DNA of 64,000 nt from Candidatus Aquidulcis sp. (lineage in GTDB: Bacteria; Chloroflexota; Anaerolineae; Anaerolineales; UBA4823), in the NCBI GenBank assembly GCA_020723385.1, contig DYIZ01000009.1:3676-67675 (forward strand), in the 5' to 3' direction. How positions within the stretch are numbered: the stretch's first letter is position 1; each line of letters starts with the position of its first letter. Positions 33,164-43,556 of the stretch are shown here, piece after piece. The notes beneath the pieces were generated by a model. The model was not told the origin of the DNA and searched no databases. It saw nothing but the letters and a program-made list of their open reading frames with translations. The position numbers and the translations under genes were made by a program.

Positions 33164-34720
33164 GTGCCCATGAACTTTCTTGCCCTTCTGCTGGCTTTGC
33201 TTCCCGTTGTCGTCATCTTACTCCTGCTCGTTTTGCGCCGTACCGCCGCCGATACTGCCGGACTGATTGGCTGGGTGGCCACCGTGCTGGTCGCATGGTT
33301 GTACTTCCGCACGCCGTTGACCATCGTTCTGCTCATCAGCCTGGCGGGTGTCGTCGCCTCGTTTCCGATCACGATCATGGTCGCCGCCTCGCTCTTGCAA
33401 GTCGCGGTAATGAAAGAGACCGGCGCGATTGACCGCATCGTGGCGCTGGTCAAGACCGTCGCGCCCAAAGACCAGGTCGTGCAGATCATGATCGTCAACA
33501 TCGGTTTTGGCACGCTGCTGGCGGCGATGGGTGCTACGCCGGTTTCGATCCTGCCTCCGATCATGCTGGCGCTGGGCTACACCTCGTTCGTCGCCATCGC
33601 CCTGCCGGCCCTGGGTTACGACGCGCTGTGTACCTACGCGCTGCTCGGCATCCCGGTGGTAGTTTTTTCCAGTTTCGTTGGTAAACCGGTGAACGAAGTT
33701 GGCGGCTATTTTGCCCGTTTCATGCCCATCATCAGCACCTGCATCGCCCTGGGGATGTTGTGGATTGTCGGGCGGTGGAAGCTGGTGTGGCAGGGGTTGA
33801 TCCCCACCCTGCTGGCGGGCGTAACCGCCGGGGCGATTGCGATTGGGATGAATGCCATTGGGATGGTGACGCTCACCGGTGTGGCGGCTGGCCTGGGCGT
33901 GATCGTGGTGATGATCCTGTACCTGATAGTAACGCGCAAACCCCTCATGGATCGCCGCGTCCTGACGGATGCCGACCGGGCCGCGGAGGGCCGGATATCC
34001 CTGTGGGCGGCGCTCTCCCCCTGGGTTCTGCTGACCCTGTTCGCTCTGCTGGTCAACGCCCCTTTTCTGCCATTCTTCGACCTGACCTTCAAGACCTGGG
34101 CGATGCCGGTCGCTATAATTCCCGACGCCCCGGAGAAAGTGCGGCTGTTCTGGCAGGCCTATTTCTGGATCTTCGTCACCACCCTGCTGGCGCTGCCCTT
34201 CCTCAAACCGACGCGGGCGCATCTCATCGGCTCGATGGAAAAGTGGCTCAAGCGCGCCCCGCGTCCCATGCTGGCTTCGGCGGTGTTCTTCGCCATTGCC
34301 TACCTGATCAACCATTCGGGCAAAGGGCTGGACTGGACGCTGACTGACCCCAATAACAACATGGTTTATGTAATCGCCAGCGCTTCCGCCGCCGCTTTCG
34401 GCAAGCTATACCCGGTGGTCGCGCCGTTCCTGGGGTTGTTGGGCGGCTTCATCAGCGGCTCGGAGACATCGGCGATTGCCATGCTCACCGCCATTCATCT
34501 CTCCACTGCCGAGAAGATTGGCGCAGTGGGGCTGCTGATCGCTGCGGCGAGCGGGATCGGCGGCGGGCTGGCAAGCGTAATCTCCCCCGCCAAATTACAG
34601 AACGCCGCCGCCAGCATTGACCGCATCGGCGAGGAGGGCCACGTGCTGCGGGTTACGTTCGTCGTGTCGCTTGTCATTACCGCGGTCTGTGCGGTGATGG
34701 CGCTGATTTGGGCCTTTTAG
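33164..34720 (+). CDS. L-lactate/glycolate permease (LctP family)
   Basis: 518 aa with 12 or more TM helices. The N-terminus LALLPVVVILLLLVLRRTAADTAGLIGWV and overall pattern are typical of LctP. Confidence 0.8.
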   Translation: MPMNFLALLLALLPVVVILLLLVLRRTAADTAGLIGWVATVLVAWLYFRTPLTIVLLISLAGVVASFPITIMVAASLLQVAVMKETGAIDRIVALVKTVAPKDQVVQIMIVNIGFGTLLAAMGATPVSILPPIMLALGYTSFVAIALPALGYDALCTYALLGIPVVVFSSFVGKPVNEVGGYFARFMPIISTCIALGMLWIVGRWKLVWQGLIPTLLAGVTAGAIAIGMNAIGMVTLTGVAAGLGVIVVMILYLIVTRKPLMDRRVLTDADRAAEGRISLWAALSPWVLLTLFALLVNAPFLPFFDLTFKTWAMPVAIIPDAPEKVRLFWQAYFWIFVTTLLALPFLKPTRAHLIGSMEKWLKRAPRPMLASAVFFAIAYLINHSGKGLDWTLTDPNNNMVYVIASASAAAFGKLYPVVAPFLGLLGGFISGSETSAIAMLTAIHLSTAEKIGAVGLLIAAASGIGGGLASVISPAKLQNAAASIDRIGEEGHVLRVTFVVSLVITAVCAVMALIWAF

Positions 34721-34743
34721 CCATGAAAAACAAGGAGTAAGTC

Positions 34744-35085
34744 ATGTCAGACAATCTTTGGGTCAAAGGTTTTCCCGGCGCGATCACAGTGTGTGACGCT
34801 GAAGGCACGATCATCGAAATGAACGACGCCTCAATCGAAGTTTTTCGCGAAGATGGCGGCGCACAATTGATCGGCAGCAATGTGCTCGACTGTCACCCCG
34901 AGCCGTCACGCACCCTGCTCGAAGGGATGATGAAATCCCAGACCCAACACGTTTACACGATCGAAAAACGCGGCAAGAAGAAACTCATCTACCAGACCCC
35001 GTGGTATAAAGATGGGCAGTACGCCGGATTTATCGAATTATCAGTGGAAATTCCGTTCGAGATGCCCCATTTCGTGCGGGATTGA
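34744..35085 (+). CDS. Stand-alone PAS domain protein
   Basis: 113 aa. GAITVCDAEGTIIEMNDASIEVFREDGGAQLIGSNVLDCHPEPS...YTIEKRGKKKLIYQTPWYKDGQYAGFIEL is a PAS fold pattern. Confidence 0.7.
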   Translation: MSDNLWVKGFPGAITVCDAEGTIIEMNDASIEVFREDGGAQLIGSNVLDCHPEPSRTLLEGMMKSQTQHVYTIEKRGKKKLIYQTPWYKDGQYAGFIELSVEIPFEMPHFVRD

Positions 35086-35104
35086 AAGAGAGGCTATTTC
35101 CTTC

Positions 35105-35956
35105 TCATCCCTCGGCTGCGACTGCCGCAAACCCGAGCGCATTCGGCCCCAAATGAGCGCCGATGACGGTAGTCACGTTGACCAGCATCGGCGCGCTGGC
35201 TAACGCCATCGTCAGGCCTTCGAGAATTTGCTGCGCTTCCGTCTCGGCGTTGGTGTGTAGGATCGCCAGGCGTTCCAGCGGCCCGATGGCGTACAGCATA
35301 TCAAGCAGGCGCTCGATGCCCTTGCGGCGGGTGCGCGTCTCGCCAAAGCGCAAAACCTCCCCGTTCTTCAACCCCACGAACGGCTTGAGACTGAGCAGCG
35401 CCCCGATGCTGGCGCGCGCCCACGAAACGCGCCCGCTGCGCCGTACATATTCCAGTGTGTCCAGCATGGCGACTACATGAATGCGCGGCTGCATGGCTTG
35501 CATCACTGCCAGGATCGAGTCGAGCGGCAGGCCTTTCACCGCAGACTCGGCGGCGGCCAATACTTGAAACCCCAACCCCAACGATAACTGCCCGCTGTCA
35601 AATACGTGCACACAGTCATCGAATGATTCTGCTGCCAGCCGCGCCGCATTGAAAATCCCGCTCAACGGGCTGGCAACGTGAATGGAAATGATCTGCACGA
35701 ATCCTTGCTGGAACAGCTTTTCATACACCCTCAAAAAAGTGCCTGTCGAGGGGGCAGAGGTGGTTGGCAGAACATGCAGAATCGGCAGCCGTTCGTAAAA
35801 CGTTTGCCGGGCGATACCTGGCCCATCTTCCATGCTTTTTCCTTCCATAACCAAAATCGCTGGCACAACCTGAATATCATGCGCGGCGGCGATGTCCGCG
35901 GGCAGGTCGGCGGTGCTGTCAGTGACGATGGCAATGGCAGGATGGACGGCGTTCAT
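35105..35956 (-). CDS. DegV family (fatty-acid-binding) protein
   Basis: IAIVTDSTADLP…SAPSTGTF…ISIHVASPLSGIFNAA, the DegV signature. Confidence 0.85.
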   Translation of the reverse strand: MNAVHPAIAIVTDSTADLPADIAAAHDIQVVPAILVMEGKSMEDGPGIARQTFYERLPILHVLPTTSAPSTGTFLRVYEKLFQQGFVQIISIHVASPLSGIFNAARLAAESFDDCVHVFDSGQLSLGLGFQVLAAAESAVKGLPLDSILAVMQAMQPRIHVVAMLDTLEYVRRSGRVSWARASIGALLSLKPFVGLKNGEVLRFGETRTRRKGIERLLDMLYAIGPLERLAILHTNAETEAQQILEGLTMALASAPMLVNVTTVIGAHLGPNALGFAAVAAEG

Positions 35957-35981
35957 AAAATCATCTCTTCAAATCATCTAT

Positions 35982-36845
35982 TCAAACTATCTCTTCGGAA
36001 CAGTTCTCCATAATAACGACCCCCAGGCTGCGCGGTCCGATCAATGATGCCAGGGCAGGCCCCAGGCTGTGCTCGCTGATCGCTCGCGCCGGGATGTGCC
36101 CGTTGATGCGCTCACGCAAGTTGTGCGCCTCCTGCTTGAAAGGAGGCCATCCTTGCAGCAGCGCCACATGCCGGATATCGTCGAATTCGGCAATGAACTC
36201 GTGCAGCAAATCAACCAAATGGCGCACACTGCGTACTTTTTGGATTGCAGACAGGCGCCCATTTTCCAGCACCATCAACGGCATTACCCCAAGCATCTCT
36301 CCAACGACTGCCTGCGCCGGGTCAATCAGCCCCGATGCGGCCAGGTAAGTCAGGCTTTGCACACAAAATGCCGTATAGATGTGAGGCACCAGACTGCGCG
36401 CCATCCGGCTGATAGCCGCTCCCGAGTGGCCTTGCAGGCTGGCCTCGGATGCCGCTTGCACCAGCAGGCCCAAACCGACCGCACAACTTTGCGAATCCAC
36501 CACATGCACCGATGCGCCGTATTTTCCATCTACCACCGCTTTTTGAGCGTTAGCCACCACCTGGCTTAAATGTGACGAAGACAGGATGGCCACGATTTCC
36601 CGAAAGCGGCTGCCCAGGATGTTGAAGGATTGTTGGAAAACCTCGGGAGAGGGAATCACCAATTGAGGACGGGATGTGTTCCCGATGGATGCCGGCAGTT
36701 GGGATGTTTTGACCTCGCCCGCATCGGCTTCAATCCCCTGCCCCAGGATGACACGCAGCGGAATCACGCTCACCAGCTCGTGACCCGGAAAGGCTGGCGC
36801 GGGAAACTGTGCGGTGCTGTCGGTAAGAATACAAACCTGGGGCAT
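35982..36845 (-). CDS. DegV family protein (divergent paralog)
   Basis: VCILTDSTAQFP…SSHLSQVVANAQKA… has the same fold pattern as the neighbouring DegV. Confidence 0.75.
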   Translation of the reverse strand: MPQVCILTDSTAQFPAPAFPGHELVSVIPLRVILGQGIEADAGEVKTSQLPASIGNTSRPQLVIPSPEVFQQSFNILGSRFREIVAILSSSHLSQVVANAQKAVVDGKYGASVHVVDSQSCAVGLGLLVQAASEASLQGHSGAAISRMARSLVPHIYTAFCVQSLTYLAASGLIDPAQAVVGEMLGVMPLMVLENGRLSAIQKVRSVRHLVDLLHEFIAEFDDIRHVALLQGWPPFKQEAHNLRERINGHIPARAISEHSLGPALASLIGPRSLGVVIMENCSEEIV

Positions 36846-36860
36846 TCGATTTTATGCAGT

Positions 36861-38546
36861 CTACTCGATAGAAATAATAAACTGGTAGTGCGGCTGCCCG
36901 CCCTCTTGCACTTCGACTTCCTGCTCTGGATAGATCGTGCGAATCACATCCGCGATGCGGAAAGCTTCCTGCCGGGAAATATCAGCTCCGTAGAAGAGTG
37001 TAACCAGCTCGAAATGATCCGCGTGAGCTTTTTCCAGCAGTCCCAGGCAGGCCTCCTCTAAATTGTCAGCCGAAAGCACCAGCTTGCCATTCAATAGGGC
37101 GATGATCTCCCCTGCCTGAACGGAGACCCCGTCAATCTCGACGCTGCGGGTGGCTGTCGTAATCTCGCCGGTTTCCACATCGTCCAGTGCAGCTACCATT
37201 TCCTCGGCAACCTCGCCAAACTCGCCATGCGGCACCAGCTTCAGCATAGCCGATAATCCCTGTGGCACAGTCTTGCTGGGCACGACAGTCACTTTCTTGA
37301 CCGTCAGTTGGGCGGCATTCTGCGCGGCCAGGACGATATTCTTATTGTTGGGCAGGATGATGATCTTGTCGGTAGGGAGATTTTCGAAGGCGTTGATGAT
37401 CTCCTGTGTGGAAGGATTCATCGTTTGGCCGCCCTCCACGACGGCGGTGACCCCCAGGCTGGCAAAGACACGCGCAAGCCCCGGCCCTGGAGCAACCGCT
37501 ACGGTCGCAATTTGCCCTGGCTCGACCGGTGTCAGTTGCAGCTTGCTGCCGCCCCGTTTTTGATCCATCTCTTCCATCTGCGCCACCAGATTTTCCATGG
37601 CGACTTTGGTGATCGTGCCCAGGGTCATCGCATATTCGATCGGCTCGTAGCGTTTCTCCGCCGGCACATGAATGTGCATACGGTACATGCCCTCCCCCTC
37701 GCCGAGTTGGATAGATGTGCCCATCATCTCCAGGTCAGTATAGAATGCCTCCAGGTCGAGTTGGTCGCGTGGGCGAAAATCTACCACCACCTCATAATCC
37801 TGCCCCGGCTCGACAGATTCGAGCATCTCTTCTTTCATTGCAGCGAGCGGCAAAATTGTACCCACCGCGACATCCAGGTTTTGCCCGTTGATAAACCGTA
37901 CCATGCCTTCCAGGATGTAGAACAAGCCTTTCCCGCCGGAATCCACCACGCCGGCTTCTTTAAGTACCGGCAGCAATTCTGGGGTGTGCTGAACGGAAAT
38001 ATCGGCGGCGGGGATGATGCGTTCCAAAATTTCCACCGCGTCGCAGGTATCGGCCAGGGCTTTCTCGGCAGCCGCGGCGGAATCCTTGGCGACTGTCAGG
38101 ATAGTGCCTTCTACCGGGCGGACCACGCCTTTGTAGGCTGTGTCGCGTCCCAGGTTGAGTGCGCGCACCAGGCTGGGACCATCAATTGTATCCTGGTGAT
38201 CCAAGGCCCGGGCGAATCCTCGCCACAATTGTGAGAGAATCACGCCTGAGTTGCCGCGCGCCCCCATCAGTGCGCCGTGGGCAATTTGGTGAGCCATGGC
38301 GCCCGCGTTGCGTTCGGGTGAATTTGCCACCTCGTCCAGAGCGGCTTGCATGGTCAGCACCATATTGGTGCCAGTATCGCCATCGGGTACGGGAAAAACG
38401 TTCAAAGCATTGACCGTTTGCTGGTTGGTGCGCAGCCAGGTCAGCCCAGCTTCGGTCAGGGCTTTGAGCACCTGGCCGTCAATTGGCGTACTGCGGATTT
38501 GCTCGCGTCGTTTTTGAGGGGGAACAGCCTGTAAAATTGAATCCAT
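36861..38546 (-). CDS. DAK2 domain-containing protein (YloV/FakA-like)
   Basis: VFPVPDGDTGTNM…MGARGNSGVILSQ… is the Dak phosphatase-like domain. Conserved synteny with Asp23 and rpmB. Confidence 0.85.
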   Translation of the reverse strand: MDSILQAVPPQKRREQIRSTPIDGQVLKALTEAGLTWLRTNQQTVNALNVFPVPDGDTGTNMVLTMQAALDEVANSPERNAGAMAHQIAHGALMGARGNSGVILSQLWRGFARALDHQDTIDGPSLVRALNLGRDTAYKGVVRPVEGTILTVAKDSAAAAEKALADTCDAVEILERIIPAADISVQHTPELLPVLKEAGVVDSGGKGLFYILEGMVRFINGQNLDVAVGTILPLAAMKEEMLESVEPGQDYEVVVDFRPRDQLDLEAFYTDLEMMGTSIQLGEGEGMYRMHIHVPAEKRYEPIEYAMTLGTITKVAMENLVAQMEEMDQKRGGSKLQLTPVEPGQIATVAVAPGPGLARVFASLGVTAVVEGGQTMNPSTQEIINAFENLPTDKIIILPNNKNIVLAAQNAAQLTVKKVTVVPSKTVPQGLSAMLKLVPHGEFGEVAEEMVAALDDVETGEITTATRSVEIDGVSVQAGEIIALLNGKLVLSADNLEEACLGLLEKAHADHFELVTLFYGADISRQEAFRIADVIRTIYPEQEVEVQEGGQPHYQFIISIE

Positions 38547-38629
38547 TAAGAAAGGCTCCTGACTTTATTCGAAGTAAAACATGCCACACCGGTGAGACCA
38601 TCTGCCGCGGCGCGCATGGCGTACGATAA

Positions 38630-38986
38630 TCAATCCAGGTCGCTGATGCGCAATCCCTGGACGTGAATATTGACCTCGTGAATGGGCATCCCCAGCGCTT
38701 TCTCGACCTGGTAACGGATGGTACTGGATACGCTGCTGGCGACCGATTTTACGTTCGTGCCATACTCGACGACTACGTACACGTCAATGGTGATATGCTG
38801 GCCATCATAGTGGACCTCGATGCCGTGCGTTGGGTCCTTCACCAAAACATGCGCCAGCCCGCTGACCAGGTTTTTCGAAGTCAGCCCAACGATGCCGTAA
38901 GATTGTCGCGCCGCATGATAAGCGATGGTTGCAATTGCGCGTGGGGAGATATGGATACTTCCGATTGGGGTTGTTTCGTCGCTCAT
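38630..38986 (-). CDS. Asp23/Gls24 family envelope stress protein
   Basis: GSIHISPRAIATIAYHAARQSYGIVGL…VNIHVQGL. Start trimmed to ATG 38986. Confidence 0.85.
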   Translation of the reverse strand: MSDETTPIGSIHISPRAIATIAYHAARQSYGIVGLTSKNLVSGLAHVLVKDPTHGIEVHYDGQHITIDVYVVVEYGTNVKSVASSVSSTIRYQVEKALGMPIHEVNIHVQGLRISDLD

Positions 38987-39016
38987 AGACACCTCTGATG
39001 GAATTAACAACGCGAC

Positions 39017-39045
39017 TTGTAAAAGGATACGATGTGTGGTAAGAT
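39017..39045 (+). promoter_or_regulatory. Candidate promoter for rpmB
   Basis: TTGTAA (39017-39022), 17 bp, TAAGAT (39040-39045), about 40 nt upstream of the rpmB ATG. Confidence 0.35.
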
Positions 39046-39083
39046 TGCGTCGCTTTTGGCTAGTTCATGAAAGGATGTGAGAT

Positions 39084-39266
39084 ATGGCAAAGTGCGCTCA
39101 TTGTGGTAAAGCTACGACATTCGGTCATAATCGCCCATGGTCGAAGAAGGCTACCCGGCGGACATTCCGCCCGAACCTTCAGACCATTTCTGTGATGGAT
39201 AACGGCCGTATGGTTCAAAAAGTCTTGTGCGCCAAGTGCATTCGCACATTGGTCAAGACGGCTTGA
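39084..39266 (+). CDS. rpmB: 50S ribosomal protein L28
   Basis: MAKCAHCGKATTFGHNRPWSKKATRRTFRPNLQ…. Confidence 0.92.
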   Translation: MAKCAHCGKATTFGHNRPWSKKATRRTFRPNLQTISVMDNGRMVQKVLCAKCIRTLVKTA

Positions 39267-39292
39267 AAGGTTCTCAACCGTTGGTCAGAAAG

Positions 39293-39320
39293 TCACGGCG
39301 CAGGCCGTGATTTTCTTTTT
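39293..39320. terminator. Intrinsic terminator shared by convergent rpmB and rpe
   Basis: TCACGGC (39293-39299), loop GCAG, GCCGTGA (39304-39310), then TTTTCTTTTT. The T-run abuts the rpe stop codon. Confidence 0.7.
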
Positions 39321-39987
39321 AACCGGGCATGGCGGCTCGGAGGGCCCGGATGCCGGCAGCAATCCCCTGGGGGTAATTGAAAACCGCGCTGGCAACGACA
39401 AAAGCCTGCGCTCCTGCTTCCAGCGCGCCTGGCAGCGTTTCGGTGTTGATGCCGCCGTCAATCTCCACAATCGCCTTCGGGTTCACGCGGTCGAACATCT
39501 GGCGCAATGCAGTCACTTTGGGTAGAACATCGGGGATGAATTGCTGCCCGGAGAAACCTGGGTTGACGCTCATCACCAGCGCCAGATCGGCCAGGGGGAG
39601 CACTGGCTCCAGCAGGGAGACGGGTGTTCCGGGATTGAGCGTGACGCCGGCTTTGCAGCCGAGTTGACGAATAGTCTGCAATGTGCGGTACAGGTGAGGG
39701 CAGGTTTCGACGTGAACTGTGAGATGGGTGGCTCCCGCTTCGGCGAAAGCCTCCAACAACCGTTCGGGGGATTCCACCATAAGGTGAACATCCAGGGGCA
39801 GAGTAGTCGCTCTCCGGCAGGCTGCGACAATGAACGGCCCCATTGTCAAATTGGGGGCGAAATGCCCATCTATCACGTCCACATGAATCCAGTCGGCTCC
39901 GGCGGCTTCGGCTTCGGCGATCTGTTCGCCAAGGCGGGTAAAATCCGCCGACAGGATGGATGGGGCAATCAGATAGGGGCCGCTCAT
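39319..39987 (-). CDS. rpe: Ribulose-phosphate 3-epimerase
   Basis: IAPSILSADFTRLGEQI…HVDVIDGHFAPNLT…DVHLMV…MSVNPGFSGQ…VEIDGGI. Confidence 0.92.
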   Translation of the reverse strand: MSGPYLIAPSILSADFTRLGEQIAEAEAAGADWIHVDVIDGHFAPNLTMGPFIVAACRRATTLPLDVHLMVESPERLLEAFAEAGATHLTVHVETCPHLYRTLQTIRQLGCKAGVTLNPGTPVSLLEPVLPLADLALVMSVNPGFSGQQFIPDVLPKVTALRQMFDRVNPKAIVEIDGGINTETLPGALEAGAQAFVVASAVFNYPQGIAAGIRALRAAMPG

Positions 39988-40065
39988 GGTGGGCGTATGA
40001 TAACCGGGGCAGGGGCAGTTGGCAAGGGTAGATTACACTCGCCACTTGTCACACTGCGCGGTTAT

Positions 40066-40095
40066 GGCCTAACCCATGCGATCTGTGCAGAAAAA
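40066..40095. repeat. 30-nt exact repeat, copy B (GGCCTAACCCATGCGATCTGTGCAGAAAAA)
   Basis: Identical to 22220-22249. It lies 63 nt downstream of the PknB-like kinase stop and 78 nt upstream of the rpe ATG. Confidence 0.85.
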
Positions 40096-40158
40096 ATACA
40101 CGGATGTTCTTTATTCGAAATTCCGAGATCAGGTTATAGCTGTTCCGCTTTATGCGGG

Positions 40159-41256
40159 TTAGGAGGTATATAACAGGATAATCCCAACCCACAAAGGAAT
40201 TAAACCCCCGAGCATGATGAATGCCAGAAGCGCCAGCCCCCAGGTGATCCAATCAACGTCGAGCGGGTTTTCTTCTGGTTCAACTGCTGGCCGGAAGGCG
40301 GCGGCGGTGTGAACGGGCGGTACAGGGCCTGGCTGCTGCGGTTTGGGCCGGGAGATCGGCGGGAGCGGTTGTCTGGGCTGGGGAGGTTCCGGCTCGGAGA
40401 TCGCCTCTGGCACAGCCACGAGGCGCGTCGGGCGGTTGAAGCTCATCAACACCCGTCCTAGCTGGTCGGCTGTGCGGTATCGTTGTGAAGGTTCTTTGGA
40501 CAATATCTTGAGCAGCACCTGTTCGAGCGTGGGCGGGATGTGCGGGTTGACCTGCCGCGGGCGGGGCGGCGGCGCGAAGCGGTGCAGACGCGCTAACTCG
40601 GTAGCAGATTCTGCCGTGAAGGGAAGTTGACCGGTGAGCATTTCGTAAATGACCACACCCAGCGAGTATACGTCTGAGGCCGGGGAGGGCGCGCCGCCCG
40701 CGGCTTGTTCAGGCGAGAAGAATTGCGGCGACCCCCAAACGACATCGGTTTTTTCATCGGGATGGATCGAAGCCAGGGCGCGGGCGATGCCGAAATCCGC
40801 CACTTTCAGGCGTTTGTCGGGGGTGATGAGCATGTTGTGCGGCTTTACGTCGCAGTGTACCAGCCCGGCGCGGTGAGCATACCCAATCCCGGCGCAGGCC
40901 TGGATGATGAGAGGCATGGCCTCCTCGACGGTGAATCGTCCCCGTTGTTGCAGGATCGTTTTCAGGTCAGTGCCAGGCACGTATTCCATCACAATAAACA
41001 AGCGTCCCGCATCCAGCCCGAAATCGTGCACGGTGACGATATTGGGATGGGTGAGGTTGGCAGCGGCTTTCGCTTCTTGATGGAATCGCTCGCGGAAAGC
41101 TGAATCTGCGGAGAAATCTTCGCGCAGCACTTTGATCGCTACAGTGCGCTCCAGGGTGAGATCGCGTGCCTGATAGACGACCGCCATGCCGCCGCTGCCC
41201 AGGCGGTGCTCCAGGCGATAACGGTTGTTGAGGAGGGTGGGTTCGGTCATCAACAC
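40159..41256 (-). CDS. Hanks-type Ser/Thr protein kinase with a Pro-rich linker and C-terminal TM anchor
   Basis: GSGGMAVVYQARD, VAIKVL, HCDVKPHNML, DFGIAR, SPEQ. The C-terminus reads WGLALLAFIMLGGLIPLWVGIILLY. Confidence 0.88.
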   Translation of the reverse strand: MLMTEPTLLNNRYRLEHRLGSGGMAVVYQARDLTLERTVAIKVLREDFSADSAFRERFHQEAKAAANLTHPNIVTVHDFGLDAGRLFIVMEYVPGTDLKTILQQRGRFTVEEAMPLIIQACAGIGYAHRAGLVHCDVKPHNMLITPDKRLKVADFGIARALASIHPDEKTDVVWGSPQFFSPEQAAGGAPSPASDVYSLGVVIYEMLTGQLPFTAESATELARLHRFAPPPRPRQVNPHIPPTLEQVLLKILSKEPSQRYRTADQLGRVLMSFNRPTRLVAVPEAISEPEPPQPRQPLPPISRPKPQQPGPVPPVHTAAAFRPAVEPEENPLDVDWITWGLALLAFIMLGGLIPLWVGIILLYTS

Positions 41257-41410
41257 GATTTTAGCACGTTTTGGCTAATCGCGAGGGGGCCAAGCGGATA
41301 AACCGAATTTTGATATTTGCGCCCGCGAAGCAGGCGCAAATATCAAAATTTCGGCAAATCCGGTGGGGAAATGGCTAAGAAACAGATTTTTCGGTTAAAA
41401 TCAAGCCAAG

Positions 41411-42388
41411 ATGCTCACTGCCGATTTCATCTACAATCCCACTGCCGGGCGGTTCCCCTCCGCGATGCTGGCCGAACGCGCAGCCAACGTGTTCCGTCAA
41501 CAGGGCTGGGAGATTCGCCTCGAACAGACGCAGGATGGCGACCACCTGACCCGCCTGGCGCGCCGAGCCGCCGAGGAAGGCCGTGCCGTGGCGCTCGTGG
41601 CGGGCGGCGACGGTTCGGTCAACCTGGCGGTTGCCGGGCTGATCGGCTCGGATACAGCGCTGGGTGTGCTCCCGGCGGGCACTTTCAACGTTTGGGCGCA
41701 GGAGCTGGGTCTGCCGGGATTGAGCTGGACGCGTTGGATGGCGTTGGAAGAGAGCGCCCGTCTGCTGGTCGCGGGTCAATCTCGCCGGGTGGATGTGGGC
41801 GTCTGCAACGGGCGGCCCTTTCTCCTATGGGCTGGCGTGGGGCTGGATGCTTTTGTCGTCCACCGGTTGGAGCCGCGCGACCGATGGCAAAAACATGCTG
41901 GCGCGCTGTACGCCGCCGCCTCGACCGTTTGGAATGCAGCCATCTGGCATGGGATGAATCTGAGCGTCGAAGCCGACGGTCATGAAATCAGCGGGCATTT
42001 TCTGGTAGCAGTCATCAGCAACATCCATTTGTATGCCGGGGGACTGGCAGAAATCTCCCCGTGGGCGCTGCTGGACGATGGGGTGATGGATCTGTGGCTG
42101 TTCAAAGGCGAGACGATGGCCGATACGGTGGCGCGAGCGATTGACTTGCTGGCGGGGACGCACCTCGAATCTGACGCTGTGCTGCCCATTCCTTTCCAAC
42201 GCCTGGTATTGCGCTCAGATGCGCCGATGTATCTGCAAGTGGATGGGGAACCCATGGAATTTACCGGGGAGGCCGCTATCGAAATCAAACCACTGGCGCT
42301 CAAGATTCTCGTCCCGCAGAAAACCCGGCATACGCTGTTCAAATACCCCACGCAGGAATTTCTATTTCAAGGAGAAGACCTCACGTGA
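41411..42388 (+). CDS. Diacylglycerol/lipid kinase family protein (YegS/DAGK catalytic domain)
   Basis: IYNPTAGR…VALVAGGDGSVNLAVAGL…LGVLPAGTFNVWA. Confidence 0.85.
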   Translation: MLTADFIYNPTAGRFPSAMLAERAANVFRQQGWEIRLEQTQDGDHLTRLARRAAEEGRAVALVAGGDGSVNLAVAGLIGSDTALGVLPAGTFNVWAQELGLPGLSWTRWMALEESARLLVAGQSRRVDVGVCNGRPFLLWAGVGLDAFVVHRLEPRDRWQKHAGALYAAASTVWNAAIWHGMNLSVEADGHEISGHFLVAVISNIHLYAGGLAEISPWALLDDGVMDLWLFKGETMADTVARAIDLLAGTHLESDAVLPIPFQRLVLRSDAPMYLQVDGEPMEFTGEAAIEIKPLALKILVPQKTRHTLFKYPTQEFLFQGEDLT

Positions 42389-43554
42389 AAATCATTGCTT
42401 ATCTACGCTCGAAACCGGTGGCCTGGCTGCTGATCTTCATCCCGGCGGCCATTCTGGCCGAACTACTGCATCTTAGCCCCACCCTGGTTTTTGCTCTTTC
42501 GGCGCTGGCAGTCGTTCCCCTGGCAAGCTATATTGGCGAATCAACCGAGGCGCTGGCGCACTACACCGGGCCGCGCCTGGGCGGGCTGCTCAATGCCACG
42601 CTGGGTAACGCCGCCGAGTTGATCATCACCATCGTCGCCATCCGCGCCGGACTTTTGGAACTGGTCAAAGCCTCTATCACTGGCTCGATCCTGGGCAACC
42701 TGCTGCTGGTGCTGGGCATGGCCATCCTGCTGGGAGGCATCCGAAACGGACGGCAAACCTTCGACCGCCGCCAGGCCAGCCATAATGCTATTTTACTGGT
42801 GATGACGGTGCTGACGCTGATGGTGCCGTCGCTGTTCAGTCATTACATTGGAACCGGGCTGGATAGCGATCCGAAGGTGGAAGCGCTCAGCCTGGGGACG
42901 GCAGCCGTGATGATTTTGTTGTACGGGCTGGGCGTGTTCTACAGCTTCAAAGGTGAAAGCCCGGTGATGGTCGAGGAGAGCGGGCATGTCCTTGATGCGG
43001 ATGCCAGCCAGCGTAACAAGAAACCGGCCCAGCGTGAAATCGCTGCTGCTGAAAGCCGGCCTCACGCCGAGCCGCAGCCCACCTGGTCGGTGCGCTTCTC
43101 GCTGCTGATATTGGGCCTCTCCACCGTGGGTGTGGCGTATATGTCCGAGATTCTGGTCGGGGCGGTCGAGCCGGTTGTGGAGGCGCTGGGAATCTCTGAA
43201 TTCTTCATCGGCATCATCTTCATCCCCATCATCGGCAACGTGGCTGAACATCTTGTGGCGGTGCAGGTAGCCATCCGCAATAAGATGACGCTGAGTGTGG
43301 AAATTGCGGTGGCATCGTCCCTGCAAATTGCTCTGTTCGTGGCCCCGGTGCTGGTCTTCGTCAGCCTGTTGATGGGCCACCCGCTGACGCTGGTGTTCAA
43401 CCAGTTCGAATTGCTGGCGCTGATCGCAGGTGTGCTGATCGCCGCGTTGGTCTCGGCGGATGGCGAGTCGAACTGGCTGGAAGGAGCCGAACTGCTGGCA
43501 GTCTATGTTATCCTAGGACTGGCATTCTTCTTGCTGCCAATGGCGGGGATGTAA
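42385..43554 (+). CDS. Ca2+/H+ antiporter (CaCA family, ChaA/Cax-type)
   Basis: Two alpha-repeats, [16 protein letters not shown] and [17 protein letters not shown]. The GTGA overlap with the upstream stop links the two genes. Confidence 0.85.
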   Translation: MKIIAYLRSKPVAWLLIFIPAAILAELLHLSPTLVFALSALAVVPLASYIGESTEALAHYTGPRLGGLLNATLGNAAELIITIVAIRAGLLELVKASITGSILGNLLLVLGMAILLGGIRNGRQTFDRRQASHNAILLVMTVLTLMVPSLFSHYIGTGLDSDPKVEALSLGTAAVMILLYGLGVFYSFKGESPVMVEESGHVLDADASQRNKKPAQREIAAAESRPHAEPQPTWSVRFSLLILGLSTVGVAYMSEILVGAVEPVVEALGISEFFIGIIFIPIIGNVAEHLVAVQVAIRNKMTLSVEIAVASSLQIALFVAPVLVFVSLLMGHPLTLVFNQFELLALIAGVLIAALVSADGESNWLEGAELLAVYVILGLAFFLLPMAGM

Positions 43555-43556
43555 TC

